This document shows, piece after piece, positions 60,222 to 64,000 of a stretch of DNA of 64,000 nucleotides. The translations under genes were made by a program, and so were the position numbers. The stretch's first letter is position 1. Every line of letters starts with the position of its first letter. The notes beneath the pieces were generated by a model. The model saw only the letters and a program-made list of their open reading frames with translations. It made no database searches and was not told where the DNA came from. The DNA comes from the human T2T-CHM13v2.0 reference genome, Homo sapiens: assembly GCF_009914755.1 (NCBI RefSeq), contig NC_060931.1; one strand, given 5' to 3'.

Positions 60222-60802
60222 TGTTGGGGTGATCAGATCCAACACCAGGTCATGAGGGCGACAAAGTCTGGCGGAGTCAAAAGATTGAGAAAAGACAGTT
60301 TGAGAGAGACAAGTGGGACCAAGGGGCTATCGCAATTGTGGAAGCTGTGAAGGCCCCGAGCTCTGGGGAGCCCATGCTATTTATTGGTAATGCAACAAAG
60401 AAACAGGTGGTGAGAATGTGGAGGTTGAAAGGGCACATTGTATTAAGCCCATGATTTACAGCTGTGATGGTTTAGCATTTGCTCTGCTACTTGAGATAAT
60501 GGAGAGCAGGTTCTTTTAACTCAAGATACAATTGATCCTGGGAGATCAAGGAGCCAGCAAGTCTAGACACATTCTAGAGCCACAAGCCCTGGATTCTATC
60601 CAAGCCATGAGGGATTTTATGCCCTAGGATTAGATTATGGTGCGGCAGGGCAGCCTTCCACCATTTAGCACAGAGCTTGGTGTTCCAAAGGCCACAAGGG
60701 GTTTTAGGCCCTGGACCCCGGACATGATCCGAGACTCTTTTACATTATGTCAGACATGCAAGCCCTGCCTCAGCTTCTCCCAACACTCAGCTTTTCCCAA
60801 CA
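60222..60802 (-). mobile_element. HERV-K14 (LTR14B-like) solo LTR, TSD CCTGT
   Basis: Minus strand TGTTGGGAAAAGCTGAGTGTTGGGAGAAGCTGAGGCAGGGCTTGCATG...TGATCACCCCAACA; CCTGT at 60217-60221 and 60803-60807. Confidence 0.8.
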
Positions 60803-61658
60803 CCTGTGAATCTGTTTTCCTTTCTTTTCTATTTTTTTTTTTTTTGGGATGGAGTTTTGTTCTTGTTGCCCAGGCTGGAGCGCAGTGGCGCAATCTCTCC
60901 TCGCTGAAACCTCCGCCTCATTGTGAATACAAATAGGATAATAATAATGAGCAGTCACGATGAATTATGGGTAACAACTTTGATGCTTTTTAAGGTTTGA
61001 TAACATTCATGAAAGTCTTTGTAAACCACAAGAGTTTACCAATATCCAGGCCCTCCATTATTCTTTCTGGGTGACTCTCCACCAAAGAGAACGTACATGG
61101 CACTCCCTCCCCAGGGAGCACTTACATGGCAGAAATCCCCCACTGGATCCCGGCATTATTGCCTGCAGAATCCAAGAGGGGCAGGGCCACTAGGGAGTTA
61201 GTTGGAGCAACGGCCAAGGAGCAGATGAAACCCATGAGAAAGCCAGTCAGGCCTGAGAAGCCCACCAGCATCCGGACACAGGAAGTGACCATGATAGCAC
61301 CCTGCAGCCGAAGGGGAGAAGTGCTCAGGACTGTGGGCCTCAGCGCGGCCCAGGCCACCGTAACAGTCCCGGAGGCTGCAGCCCCTAGGCGCGGCCCAGG
61401 CCACCGTGACAGTTCTGGATGCTGCAGCCCATGGTGAAATCTGGTGACCCCTAGGCGGTTCTTAGGCAGTGCAGGGGCAAAGCTGGACCCCAAAGGAACT
61501 GAGAGAAGGAGAACTCTGATTTCCCTCCTCCCTCCAGTCTGTATTTCCAACTGCGTGTTGGACTTTTTCGCTTAACAAAGCTTTTCAGGAAATAGGCTTC
61601 AAAATTAATTATTGATTGTAGTCACAATGATGATGATGTTGGCGACTCCCAACACTAG

Positions 61659-62360
<702 letters not shown>

Positions 62361-62662
62361 TATCTGCTGGATTAAGTTTGCTTTATTTCCCCATTTTATT
62401 TTACTGTTTGGATGTTCGACTTGTTATTTTATTCTTTTAGAAGTTGCTCACAACTTTTTAATGTGAATTGTTCACTTAACACTGCCCATGGGTAAATAAA
62501 ATGTCTAGTCTCCCATCAAATAGTACAGTGACCTTAGAAAACTTGAACTTCTACCACCATTCTGCTATTGTTGTCAAATATTTGTTTATTTTTCCACTGC
62601 CATTGCTCATTATTGTTTTTATTATATTTTCCTACAATTAGTGCTTATTTGGATTTACCTAG

Positions 62663-63548
62663 TACTGTGAAGTAAACGTTTGTGTTCCCTCAAAATTCAT
62701 ATGATGGTGTTTGAAGATGGAGCCTTTGGGAAGAAACTAGGTTTAGATGAGGTCATAAAGTGATATGGTTTGGCTGTGTCCCCACCCAAATCTCATCTTG
62801 AATTATAGCTTCTATAATTCTCACATGTTGTGGGAGGGACCTAGTGGGAGAACCGAATCATGGGGGTGGTTTCCCCCATACTGTTCTCATGGTAGTAAAT
62901 AAGTCTCACAAGAGCTGATGATTTTATAAGGGGTTTCCCCTTTCACTTAGCTCTCATTCTCTCTTGCCTGCTGCCATGTAAGACGTGCCGTTCACCTTCC
63001 GCCATGATTGTGAGGCTTCCCCAGCCACCTGGAACCGTTTGGTCCATTAAACTTCTTTTTCTTGATAAATTACCCAGTCTTGGGTATGTCTTTATCAGCA
63101 GCATGAAAACAGACTAATACATAAGGGAAAAGCCCCTTTGATGGGCTTAGTACCCTTATAAAGAGAAGAGATTTTTCTCTGTCTTCTCTCCTCTCTCTCT
63201 CTGCATGTACCAAGGAAAGTCTTTGTGAGGACACAGCTAGAAGGTGGCCATCTGCAAGCCAGGAAAGGAGCACCCCTCAGAAGCTGACCATGCTGGCATC
63301 CAGATCTCAGACTTCCAGCCTCCAGTACTGTGAAAAAATAAATTTCAGTTGTTCAAGCCACCCAGTCTATGGTTGGTTTTTGTTTTTGTTTTGTAAAGAC
63401 AGGGTCTCACTATGTTGCCCAGGCTGGTCTCGAACTCCTGGACTCAAGCAATCTTCTGGCCTTAGCCTATGAAGTAGCTGGGACTACAGACATATACAGG
63501 CACTGCACCCAGCTATAGTATTTTGTTGTGGCAGCCCAAGCTGACTAA
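62663..63548 (+). mobile_element. MLT1A-type LTR with nested THE1 LTR (62761-63121) and Alu fragments
   Basis: TGATATGGTTTGGCTGTGTCCCCACCCAAATC...AGACTAATACA; imperfect TSD TAAAG/TAAGG. Confidence 0.82.
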
Positions 63549-63599
63549 CCCACCTATGTTTTCTACCCATATGTTCCTCTGCTCACTTATAGCTTCTTT

Positions 63600-64000
63600 T
63601 CCACCACTCTTTCATTCGAGATTCCATTTCCTTTTTCCTGAAGTTTAGCTTTTAATAATTATTTTAATAAGGGTCTGTGACTGATAAACTCTTAGTCTTC
63701 GTTTACCTGAAAATGTCTTTATTTTGCTATCAGTGTTGCCTGATGTGGGGTTCTACAGTGGGATAGAATTCTAGGATGATAATATTTTCTCTTAGCATTT
63801 TGAAAATATTCCATTGTCTTCCAGCCTCTACCGTTGCTAGTGAGAAGGCTGCTAACTGTCCAATTGCTATTCTTTTGTAGGCATTTTTTTCTGTCTTATT
63901 ACTTTTAAGATTTTTCTCTTTGTATTTGTATTGCAGTTTCATTATGATATATCTAATTGTAGACTTAATTGTTTATTACACTTGGGACTACATGTGTTTT
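63600..64000 (-). mobile_element. Old L1 ORF1-region fragment
   Basis: Minus-strand peptide FSLATVEAGRQWNIFKMLREN resembles L1 ORF1p. Confidence 0.75.

Overview
Human (hominoid) genomic DNA, recognisable as the chr7q33 STRA8 locus. About 1-15 kb is repeat-dense intergenic DNA: an old, near full-length L1MB-type LINE, Alus and MaLR/MLT2 LTRs. About 15.9-42.6 kb on the + strand holds the complete STRA8 gene (meiotic initiator, bHLH plus acidic protein). I reconstructed all coding exons with GT-AG boundaries. There are two candidate 5' exons: the MGKID coding exon, and a non-coding exon at a CpG/CCAAT-rich promoter near 17.5-17.8 kb. Exon 5 can be read as a 27-nt mini-exon (330-aa product) or as a 243-nt poly-Glu exon (380-aa, mouse-like product). 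About 53.9-61.3 kb on the - strand holds four remnant exons of the unitary nucleobase-transporter pseudogene SLC23A4P (SNBT1), with readable inactivating lesions. I found no new multi-gene system. The most interesting signals are a cluster of nuclear-receptor direct repeats (DR5, DR1, DR0, DR4) plus a DMRT1-like site upstream of STRA8, unusual splice architecture at exons 1, 2 and 5, the SLC23A4P lesions, and many short local duplications. Repeat subfamily names are from memory of consensus sequences, and repeat boundaries are approximate unless a TSD is quoted.
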